A stretch of 64,000 bases of DNA from a bacterium (GCA_021780535.1 JAJXYN010000009.1:303923-367922), one strand, 5' to 3'. Positions 29,638-37,844 are shown, counted from the stretch's first letter. Made by a program: numbers and translations. Notes: a model not told the origin generated them from the sequence alone.

Positions 29638-30102
29638 ATGAATGACGAAAATAAAAGAAAACACTTAGAAATGATACAAAATATAGTTACTAGAATGGGA
29701 AATAATTTATTTTTCCTAAAAGGTTGGTCTATTACAATAATAGCAGCTATATATGCTATTCTTGCAAAAGATATAAGTTTAAAATACATGATTTTCGCAG
29801 CAATTCTTCTTATAATACTATGGATTCTTGACGGTTATTTCTTACATCAAGAAAGATGTTTTAGAGATTTATATGATGCTGTAAGAATTAAAAAAGAAGA
29901 AGATATAGACTATTCTATGAATATAAAAGAATATATAAAAGGAAAAAATACTTGGTTAAAATCAATGTTTTCAAAAACATTAAATATATTTTATGGATCA
30001 ATGTTATTTTTAATAATTATTATGATTGTGTTATCAAATATTAAAATAAATATATCTATTACTTGGAACAATCAAAACAATAATCAAATAATACAAAAAT
30101 AG
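29638..30102 (+). CDS. Small 3-TM membrane protein, translationally coupled to downstream TIR-like gene
   Basis: Predicted TM helices WSITIIAAIYAIL, MIFAAILLIILWIL, SMLFLIIIMIVL; stop at 30102, next start at 30104. Confidence 0.45.
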   Translation: MNDENKRKHLEMIQNIVTRMGNNLFFLKGWSITIIAAIYAILAKDISLKYMIFAAILLIILWILDGYFLHQERCFRDLYDAVRIKKEEDIDYSMNIKEYIKGKNTWLKSMFSKTLNIFYGSMLFLIIIMIVLSNIKINISITWNNQNNNQIIQK

Positions 30103-30103
30103 A

Positions 30104-30763
30104 ATGGGCAGAAAAATATTTGTTAGCTATAAATATGCTGATTCATCTGTTCCGGATTTAAATCTTGGTGAACAGACAACTGTTAGGCATTATGTTGATA
30201 TAATACAAGGACTTTTATCAGAAGAAGATCATATAAACAAGGGTGAAAACGATGGAGAAGATTTAAGTTCTTTTAAAGAAAGTACGATAGAATCAAAATT
30301 AAGAGATAAAATATTTGATAGCACTATAACAATAGTTTTAATATCAAAAAACATGAAAGATCCTAGCAAGAATGAATCAGACCAGTGGATACCTTGGGAG
30401 GTTTCATATTCATTAAAAGAGATTACAAGAGGAGATAAAACAAGTGGCACAAATGCCATGTTAGCAGTTGTTTTACCAGATGAAAAAAATGATTATTCCT
30501 ATTTCGTAAATCACTTTGCTTGTACTACAAGTTGGAATACAGATATACTTTTTAAAATTCTTGGAAATAATATGTTTAATAGGAATAATAAAAATTTAAT
30601 CTCATGCCAAACTTGTGGAGGAACGCATCATATAGACGATGATCACTCATATATTCACCCAGTAAAATGGTGCGATTTCATAAAAGATATAAATAAATAT
30701 ATAGATATAGCTTTAAAAATGAATAATAATCTCAATGAATATAAAATTCAAAAGGAATTATAA
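30104..30763 (+). CDS. TIR-like domain protein (ThsB/DUF1863-like) with Cys/His-rich C-terminus
   Basis: KIFVSYKYADS N-terminal strand motif and SDQWIPWEVSYSL (W-x-x-E) motif as in ThsB (RVFFSFHYQD ... RRWVRYEIMKS); recalled alignment, not computed. Confidence 0.6.
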   Translation: MGRKIFVSYKYADSSVPDLNLGEQTTVRHYVDIIQGLLSEEDHINKGENDGEDLSSFKESTIESKLRDKIFDSTITIVLISKNMKDPSKNESDQWIPWEVSYSLKEITRGDKTSGTNAMLAVVLPDEKNDYSYFVNHFACTTSWNTDILFKILGNNMFNRNNKNLISCQTCGGTHHIDDDHSYIHPVKWCDFIKDINKYIDIALKMNNNLNEYKIQKEL

Positions 30764-30906
30764 TTTTGTTTTTGTTATCTATATACATTAATGACGCAAT
30801 AAAAATCACATATCTAGCAGTTGATAACTTATAATATTTTAGGCTAATATTAGCTATATTATGCTGATATTTATCTATAAAGTCAAGTTAAAAACCTTCT
30901 ATTTTT

Positions 30907-31020
30907 TATGTGTAACATTTGTAACATTTTTTTGCGACCGAGATGCCTCATTTTTCTCCAAAATCCTACCCCCAAAACCCCTTATGGTGCTTGTATGTGT
31001 GGGTACCAGACCGAGGCTTC
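30907..31020 (+). repeat. ~115-bp repeat unit (tgtgtaacatttgtaacattt...gcgACCGAGATGCCtcatttttctcc...cttcccgcc), second copy at 35475..35629
   Basis: ~85% identity between copies; contains a second instance of the accgagatgcc motif also present just downstream of tRNA-Ser. Confidence 0.7.
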
Positions 31021-31412
31021 CCGCCATACAGGGCTACCGAGATGCCTAGTTTTACTATGATGGCATTGAGTTATCCCAGAAAAATCATCAGAAATGGTGA
31101 TTTTTTGTTTTTTTATTTCTCTAAGGTTGGTCAATAAATTTTTTATAAATTTCTCAATTTTCGAATACCTTGAAATGCAGATTATAAATTAATGAAAATC
31201 CCTCATTAATAAACAATTAAATTTGGTTCGAAACCTAGATGCTCTGTTGGTAACTAGAGCTTCGCAAGGTTTTTGGTTATGTTAACATACTAATACCAAC
31301 GCGACATTTCGGTCTTATTTGGTAAATTAACAAAAATAAAAAAAGATACTTCTCTATAATCGAAAGGCGTCTAAATTATAAAATCTTAATTTTTAATAAT
31401 AGAGATTAAGAA
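31021..31412 (+). repeat. Flank repeat copy B (partial tRNA-Ser 3' end ccgcca + downstream flank)
   Basis: See copy A; terminator hairpin variant atcatca-gaaa-tggtgat. Confidence 0.8.
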
Positions 31413-31541
31413 AAATATTTAATAAATTAACTAATAATATATGATTTAAAATCTTCATCATTTCTTCATTTTGATTTGATATGATTTGTAGTTATTGGTT
31501 TATGGAGTTAGAATTATTTAATAAATATATAATTATAATTT

Positions 31542-32882
31542 ATGTCAGATAACATAAAACAAGAAGAAGCTAATCAACAAAATGACAATAAAATATTAAG
31601 TAAAGAAAAGGAAAAAGAACTAGATTTTTTCATTACAACTCCATTAAGATCAGCTAACAATTTAATGAACAAATTATATAGCGATGATAGTTTTTATGAA
31701 ACAACTACTTATGCATTTGTTTCACCAGGAGATGCTAAAAAACTTTTTTTCTATGGAGCGTGTAAGGAGGTATTAAAAACCTGTATATATTTAATGAACA
31801 ATAAAGAATTTCTAGGAGGATCTATAAATGATAAAGATTTTGGTATTGTAGAAAAAGTAATAATGGGGTCAACAATAGATACTCAAACATATCATAGAAG
31901 AAAGATGGTGGAGCTATTAAGTATTGTTATATTATTTGATAGAAACACTAAACATGATGAAGAATACAGAATATATAAATCAGCTGAGAATTTAGATTTA
32001 TTCCTAAGCAGACAATCTGATTTTAAAGAACTTTTTAATGGAAAAATAATATTAAATACTCAACATTCAATAGATGATTTTATAGGAAGGATTGATAGTG
32101 ATAAAAAAGCCATCGAACTTACAGATGTTTGGTTTTTAAATGAAAAAAAACTAAAAAATCAAACTCCAGGTATATTTAAGAGCAAAAAAGGAATATATGA
32201 TTCAGCAATGCTTGTTGCTACTCCTGATGAAAAAATAGCTCTTGGTATATCCTATGGCCGTGGCTATTCTCGTGCTAGTCAATCAATTCATCCAATGTTA
32301 GGAAGTAGTAATTATGGTAAAGAAGATAATGATATCGAACATGTACTTATGAATTCAATTTATATGTCAATTATATGTATGCAAATAATGCATATAGCCT
32401 ATAAGTTAACTGGTTTTGAGGATGAATTTGGATTATCAAAAATCATGGGAACTAATTTTGAAAAATCAGAAGCATCTAAATCAATTGGAGTTTTACAGAA
32501 AGATTTTGATAAAGGAGATCTTATACTTACTTCATGGACAGATATTGCAGAAATAATTGATGAAGAAACAAGTAAATACGGATATAAGGCTTATAAAATA
32601 AAATATCTTTTAACACCACCGCTACCAGAATATCCAGAAGATTGGATAGAAGCACAAAACATATTAGCGCGTATATTATCAAAAAAAACTGTAAGAAAAA
32701 TGTTTAACAATATGGTTATAGAAAAAATGTCTAAAGATGTTATTGAATTATGGCCCGATGTATTAAAACAACCAGATGAAGAACTTATGAAATCAGCAAA
32801 ACATGTGTTTATTGATTTACATAAAGCCAATGTCTTGATACCAATGTTACTAAAAAGTGGTTTCTTAAAGAAAACTAGTTAA
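31542..32882 (+). CDS. Hypothetical 446-aa protein (sole cargo of module B)
   Basis: Intact ORF, host-like composition, no recognisable motif. Confidence 0.45.
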   Translation: MSDNIKQEEANQQNDNKILSKEKEKELDFFITTPLRSANNLMNKLYSDDSFYETTTYAFVSPGDAKKLFFYGACKEVLKTCIYLMNNKEFLGGSINDKDFGIVEKVIMGSTIDTQTYHRRKMVELLSIVILFDRNTKHDEEYRIYKSAENLDLFLSRQSDFKELFNGKIILNTQHSIDDFIGRIDSDKKAIELTDVWFLNEKKLKNQTPGIFKSKKGIYDSAMLVATPDEKIALGISYGRGYSRASQSIHPMLGSSNYGKEDNDIEHVLMNSIYMSIICMQIMHIAYKLTGFEDEFGLSKIMGTNFEKSEASKSIGVLQKDFDKGDLILTSWTDIAEIIDEETSKYGYKAYKIKYLLTPPLPEYPEDWIEAQNILARILSKKTVRKMFNNMVIEKMSKDVIELWPDVLKQPDEELMKSAKHVFIDLHKANVLIPMLLKSGFLKKTS

Positions 32883-32896
32883 TATTAGTAAGAATA

Positions 32897-34198
32897 TTAA
32901 TTTTTTATTAAACTAATCTTCTTATTTTTCATTACAAACTTATTCTTAAACATACCCATAAACTGTCTTTTTTCTTCTATAGAACCGTGATTTAATATAA
33001 ACTTGGCATAATCTACCAAGTCTACTTTTCTATCGTTCATACCTCTTTCTACATTGTTTATTTTTAGTACTTGTTTTTGTAGATGAGCAAATCTTTCTAC
33101 TTCTATTCTTAACTTTTCTTTAATGTCTTCTTCGGGAATATCAATATCTTTTAGAAGCTTTACTATTTGCTCTATAAATTGTTCTTCTCTAATATATCTA
33201 TTACTACATTTAAGATCTTTTGTTCTATTACATCCATAGTAAATATATTTATTTACTCCACCATTTTTTAATTTCTTATGTTTTTCTACTGCACATAAAT
33301 TAGAACTACAATGGCCACAAATCATAGACCCTAAGAATGCAAATTCTTTTTCTCCATATCTATAACTAGCTTTTCCTAATTTTATTTTTCTTTGAACTAT
33401 TTCAAAGAGTTCTTTTGTAATTATTGGTTGATGATTTCCTTGGCACCAATTACCACTTCCTGCTGGATATTCAAACCATCCATAATAAAAAGGCCTTCCA
33501 AGTAGTATATAGATATTTGCTAAGGATAAATTCTTACCACTTTTTGTCGTGAAATTTTGCTTTACAAACCAACTATGTAAAGCTCTACCAGAATAGTTTT
33601 CATAAGCCACCTTCTCAAATGCTTGTTTAATTATTGGGGCTCTTTCAGTATCTGGAATTACTACTCCTGTTTTATTTTTTCTTTCATCATTAAGATATCC
33701 AATAGGCGCAACTCCTATCCAAAATCCTTTTGATGTTTTAATTTTAAGACCTCTTTTTACATTGATACTTTTATTATCATTCTCAAGTTTAGCCTGACCG
33801 CCAAGTACAGCTAATAGAAATTTATCATTCGGAGTATTTTTAAAGTTTTGATTATATGTTCTTATTTCTTTCAGGTAACTACTATCTATCAGGTCTATTA
33901 TACTTCCTAAATCCCCGGCATTTCTTGAAAGTCTATCAGTATTCCATGTTAGAATACCTTCAAATTTTCCTTGTCTTAATTCTTTTATCATTTCATTAAA
34001 TACTGGTCTTTGACTTGAAGCTTTTGCAGAATGGGCTTCTTTTTTTATACAAACTACATTTAAACTATCTCTTTCTGCTATTAAACTCATTTCATTCTCT
34101 TGAGCTTCTATCGAAAGAGCTTGTTTTTCGTCTTCTTCACTAGATTTTCTAGCATAAAGACAATATCTAATTTCTGATGAAAACCCTTTGTTTTCCAT
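32897..34198 (-). CDS. Large serine recombinase (second copy)
   Basis: 8 aa differences from 12003..13304 over 433 aa. Confidence 0.85.
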   Translation of the reverse strand: MENKGFSSEIRYCLYARKSSEEDEKQALSIEAQENEMSLIAERDSLNVVCIKKEAHSAKASSQRPVFNEMIKELRQGKFEGILTWNTDRLSRNAGDLGSIIDLIDSSYLKEIRTYNQNFKNTPNDKFLLAVLGGQAKLENDNKSINVKRGLKIKTSKGFWIGVAPIGYLNDERKNKTGVVIPDTERAPIIKQAFEKVAYENYSGRALHSWFVKQNFTTKSGKNLSLANIYILLGRPFYYGWFEYPAGSGNWCQGNHQPIITKELFEIVQRKIKLGKASYRYGEKEFAFLGSMICGHCSSNLCAVEKHKKLKNGGVNKYIYYGCNRTKDLKCSNRYIREEQFIEQIVKLLKDIDIPEEDIKEKLRIEVERFAHLQKQVLKINNVERGMNDRKVDLVDYAKFILNHGSIEEKRQFMGMFKNKFVMKNKKISLIKN

Positions 34199-34339
34199 AT
34201 ATTTATCATTAATTTGTTATCTATACACATTAATGACGCAACCCATCTAGTGCGTCTAGGATGAGTTGTTGGTAAGTTGTAGGTAAATAAAAAAGAGCCC
34301 TGTTGTCAGGGCTCTACTCAAGAAAGATTGACTTGTGTG

Positions 34340-34864
34340 TTACTTGTCTTTCTTCACTATGAGTTTTGGCGCATCGATGTTGAGAGGCGCCCCGGAGTAA
34401 ATGTAGGTAGCGTTGGCACCTGCAAATTCAACCGGATTTCCGTCGGGAAGGAAGAAGTGGATACCTGGGTTGTTTTTACCATAGGTACCGTCCAGATCAG
34501 GAGCATCAACAATTTGGTACGAATAATTACCACTAAAGTTGAATTTCTGCATCATTTGTTCAGGGTAAATGTACGACTGAGTTGAGGCAGGCTTTCCTTC
34601 GGTTACGAAATAGCCAATGCAGTAGTTACCCACAAAGATGTAGGTATATGCCGGTACGCTTGGCTTGTTCCAATACTCGTACCAACGCTTCTGCGTCATG
34701 GCTTCCTGGAAGTAGTCGAGCTTAGGCGGACCACCAATTGCCTCAATGACCGCTTTAGCATTTTCTTCCTGGGACTTTTCCAGTTGTTGCCTGGCGGTTG
34801 GTTCCCAACTACAACCCGAGAGAACGGCTCCAACAAGGAGCAACAAAAAAACGAGTTTTCTCAT
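34340..34864 (-). CDS. Lipoprotein, compositionally foreign (~48% GC)
   Basis: LSGC lipobox after signal peptide; 4-nt overlap with upstream gene. Confidence 0.5.
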   Translation of the reverse strand: MRKLVFLLLLVGAVLSGCSWEPTARQQLEKSQEENAKAVIEAIGGPPKLDYFQEAMTQKRWYEYWNKPSVPAYTYIFVGNYCIGYFVTEGKPASTQSYIYPEQMMQKFNFSGNYSYQIVDAPDLDGTYGKNNPGIHFFLPDGNPVEFAGANATYIYSGAPLNIDAPKLIVKKDK

Positions 34865-35307
34865 TTTTCACCTCCGATAGTATCGTTGACCATTTGGATC
34901 TCATAAGGCAGATCCTCAGCCTTCCACAAATTTCTGGTCTTCTGCTTTGACCGACTGTTGTACTGCTGGATCTGATTGTTGAGAATCATTTTCAGACCAG
35001 TGTAATCAGTCAGGCGAAGACTGTTGGTATCAGTGCCCCTGGAAAGCTCGAAAGCTTCCTTGGCGGCGGCCAGGTTTGCTTTTGATGCATCAATCTGAGC
35101 CTTCTGGTCGTAAAACCATTGGTAATCAGAGATGATCTTGTGCGGATCAGTGACCTCGGAAACGATACCGGTTGCGATGCTGAACGGCCAAATGTGAGCG
35201 ATGGCGCTCACACCAAGATAGATACCAACAACAATAATGATGCCGATAATCCACTTGACAGTTTTCTTCGAGGTAGCTTCTTCAAGCTCGTCCCTCAGAT
35301 ATCCCAT
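34861..35307 (-). CDS. N-terminally TM-anchored protein, compositionally foreign, canonical GGAGG SD
   Basis: GGAGG 7 nt upstream of ATG (absent from host genes); single N-terminal TM. Confidence 0.5.
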   Translation of the reverse strand: MGYLRDELEEATSKKTVKWIIGIIIVVGIYLGVSAIAHIWPFSIATGIVSEVTDPHKIISDYQWFYDQKAQIDASKANLAAAKEAFELSRGTDTNSLRLTDYTGLKMILNNQIQQYNSRSKQKTRNLWKAEDLPYEIQMVNDTIGGEK

Positions 35308-35703
35308 ACGTACCTCCTTGTCCTATTTTGGACTCTATTACTATAACATAAATAGTACATTTTGTCAATTATTTTTGCCATCTTTACTTATTATTTTTAT
35401 TTAATACTATTCAATAAAATATAAACATTTTTGAATATGTAGTGTCGCATATGTCGCATTAAATTTGTCTTTTTTTGTGTAACATTTGTAACATTTTACA
35501 TCCTATGTACTGTCTAATTTGTCCAATTTTTACCTCTGCGACCGAGATGCATCATTTTTCTCCAAAACCCTACTCTTAAAACCCCTTATGGTACTTGTAT
35601 GTATGAGTACCAAACCGAGACTTCCCGCCTTCGCTCGCTATAGCGAGCTTCAGCGGATAAATCCGCAAGGATATTATTCAAAGAAAATACTCCATTAAAA
35701 AAT

Positions 35704-35726
35704 CTCGCGAAAGCGGGCTTTTTTAA
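35704..35726 (+). terminator. Hairpin + T-run (ctcgc-GAAA-gcggg-ctttttt), preceded by two short perfect palindromes
   Basis: gctcgctatagcgagc and gcggataaatccgc palindromes at 35631..35668 then terminator-like hairpin. Confidence 0.35.
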
Positions 35727-35755
35727 TATTTGAATTAATTTTTAATTAACTTTTT

Positions 35756-35992
35756 ATGTATTTTGTTTATATATTAAGATGTTCAAATAAATCTACATAT
35801 ACTGGCTGTACAAATAATATAAAAGAAAGGATTAAAAGACATAAAAATGGAAAAGTTTTTTCTACCAAAAACAAATTGCCAATAAGATTAATATATTTAT
35901 CTGTTTTTAGAAACAAATATCTTGCTTATAATTTTGAAAAGTATTTAAAATCTGGTTCTGGTAGAGTTTTTATTAGAAAACATTTAATATAA
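35756..35992 (+). CDS. GIY-YIG nuclease superfamily protein (UPF0213/YhbQ-like)
   Basis: YFVYILRCSNKSTYTGCTNNIKERIKRHKNG is a near-textbook GIY-YIG signature. Confidence 0.85.
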   Translation: MYFVYILRCSNKSTYTGCTNNIKERIKRHKNGKVFSTKNKLPIRLIYLSVFRNKYLAYNFEKYLKSGSGRVFIRKHLI

Positions 35993-36111
35993 ATTAATCT
36001 ATAAATTCATTATAAATATACTACTTGTGTGATTTAATCTTATTAACATTTTAGTAACTTTAAAAAAATTTAATAGCTATGTAGAATGATTATAAATATT
36101 GATAAATCAAA

Positions 36112-36207
36112 CAATATTAAAAGAAACTAATTGGATTTTAATGAGTGATGGGATTAGTTATAGATTAGGAATGTTGTCTAGGAGATTAAAAGCTTATGAA
36201 AGAGAGG
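36112..36207 (+). pseudogene. Orphan duplicated fragment of the 3' end of gene 28036..29217
   Basis: ~90% nucleotide identity to 29000..29095, no upstream reading frame. Confidence 0.6.
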
Positions 36208-36282
36208 AATAGGATGCCTAATTTAGACAATAAATGAGCGATAGCGAATATTATTGTCTTATCCTCGTAGTGGGTTTACTAT

Positions 36283-36410
36283 GATGGCATTAATGAAACC
36301 CATTAAATCACCAGAGTTTGGTGATTTTTTAGTTAATAAAAGAACGAAGTGAATATTATTAACTTATCCCAGAATGAGATTGTTTTTTTATTTCTCTAAG
36401 GTTATTGGAA
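36283..36410 (+). repeat. Flank repeat copy C (partial), carrying both terminator-hairpin variants
   Basis: ttactatgatggcattaatgaaacccattaaatcaccagagtttggtgatttttt ... gtttttttatttctctaagg. Confidence 0.65.
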
Positions 36411-36419
36411 ATTTTAAAA

Positions 36420-36560
36420 CTGAAAAACTGAAAAATTCAAAACAATTTTAAAACATATAAATTTTAAATTTAAAAACAAAATACAAATATTTCTTGTTTT
36501 TAATTTTAGATTTTAAAATTTTGACTTTAAAATTGTTTTGAAATTTGTCCATATATAAAT
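36420..36560. repeat. AT-rich region with ~17-bp inverted repeats (ttcaaaacaattttaaa / tttaaaattgttttgaa) ~70 bp apart and tandem ctgaaaaa units
   Basis: Read directly from sequence. Confidence 0.5.
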
Positions 36561-36676
36561 TCAGATACATTTAAGAAACATTTTTAATAATCTAAATGAA
36601 TTAAACTGATACATATTATTTACTTTGTTTAGTATTAATAATAAAATATTATTTATAATCAATCAATCTAAATTAT

Positions 36677-37270
36677 ATGGAAAAATTTAAAACAAATCAT
36701 AAGGTTGATCTATTTTTAAGTAAGACAAAAATATGGAAGGAAGAATTCAAAGAATCTAGAAGAATTATTTTAGAATGTGGACTAACAGAAGAACTAAAAT
36801 GGGGGCAACCTTGTTATACTTTCAATGGAGCAAATATAATTATACTTGGCGGATTTAAGGCTTATTTCGGTATTTTGTTTGTTAAGGGGGCTTTATTAAA
36901 AGATCCTAAAAAAATATTAATCCAACAAACAGAAAATGTGCAATCTGGTCGCCAAATCAGATTTACAAATGTTGACGAAATAATAAACCAAGAATTAATA
37001 TTAAAATCATATATCAAAGAAGCTATTGAAGTTGAAAAAATGGGATTAAAAGTTGAGATGAAAAAAGTAACAGATTTTAAAATCCCCGAAGAATTGGAAA
37101 AAGAATTTAATAAAAATTCTAAATTAAAAACAGCATTCACTTCCCTAACTCCAGGGCGCCAAAGAGCTTATATACTTTATTTTACTGGAGCCAAACAATC
37201 CAAAACTAGAGAAGTAAGAATTGATAAATATATTCCACAAATTTTAAATGGAAAAGGTTTAAACGATTAA
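36677..37270 (+). CDS. YdeI/OmpD-associated (DUF1801) family protein
   Basis: C-terminal TPGRQRAYILYFTGAKQSKTREVRIDK motif. Confidence 0.6.
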   Translation: MEKFKTNHKVDLFLSKTKIWKEEFKESRRIILECGLTEELKWGQPCYTFNGANIIILGGFKAYFGILFVKGALLKDPKKILIQQTENVQSGRQIRFTNVDEIINQELILKSYIKEAIEVEKMGLKVEMKKVTDFKIPEELEKEFNKNSKLKTAFTSLTPGRQRAYILYFTGAKQSKTREVRIDKYIPQILNGKGLND

Positions 37271-37274
37271 TAAT

Positions 37275-37844
37275 ATGAAAACCAAACAAAGATGTGCATG
37301 GGCCGGCAATGACCCTATATATATAAAATACCACGACGAAGAATGGGGCGTACCAGTTCATGATGATAAAATTCATTTTGAATTTTTAATTTTAGAAGGA
37401 GCACAAGCTGGTTTAAGTTGGAAAACTATATTAAATAGAAGAATTGGTTATAAAAAAGCTTTTAAAAATTTTGATGTAATAAAAGTCGCAAAGATGACTG
37501 ACCAAGAATTAGAATCGCTTATGTTTGATCCTGGCATTATCCGTAATCGTTTAAAAATTTTTGCTGCAAGAAAAAATGCTAAAGTTTTTTTGGATATTCA
37601 AAAAGAATTTGGTAGTTTTGACTCATACATTTGGGGCTTTGTAGAAAATAAAACTATATTTGGAAATAGAAAAACAACAAAAGACCTCCCCGCAACTTCA
37701 AAAGAAAGTGATGAATTATCTAAAGATTTGAAAAAAAGAGGAATGTCTTTTGTTGGTTCAACAATTATGTATGCACACATGCAAGCAACCGGGCTTGTAA
37801 ATGATCATACTATTGATTGTTGCTGTTTTAAATTAAAATCTTAA
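37275..37844 (+). CDS. tag: DNA-3-methyladenine glycosylase I
   Basis: QRCAWAGNDPIYIKYHDEEWGVPVHDDKIHFEFLILEGAQAGLSW closely matches Tag. Confidence 0.9.
   Translation: MKTKQRCAWAGNDPIYIKYHDEEWGVPVHDDKIHFEFLILEGAQAGLSWKTILNRRIGYKKAFKNFDVIKVAKMTDQELESLMFDPGIIRNRLKIFAARKNAKVFLDIQKEFGSFDSYIWGFVENKTIFGNRKTTKDLPATSKESDELSKDLKKRGMSFVGSTIMYAHMQATGLVNDHTIDCCCFKLKS

Larger units (their letters stand above)
31021..34291. mobile_element. Recombinase module B (flank repeat + 446-aa unknown cargo + large serine recombinase + conserved right end)
   Basis: Recombinase 98% identical to module A copy; identical end sequences. Confidence 0.5.

Noticed and set aside
34861-35307. LemA-family assignment for the TM-anchored GC-rich ORF
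   Set aside because: Topology similar but none of the LemA conserved motifs could be matched by eye.
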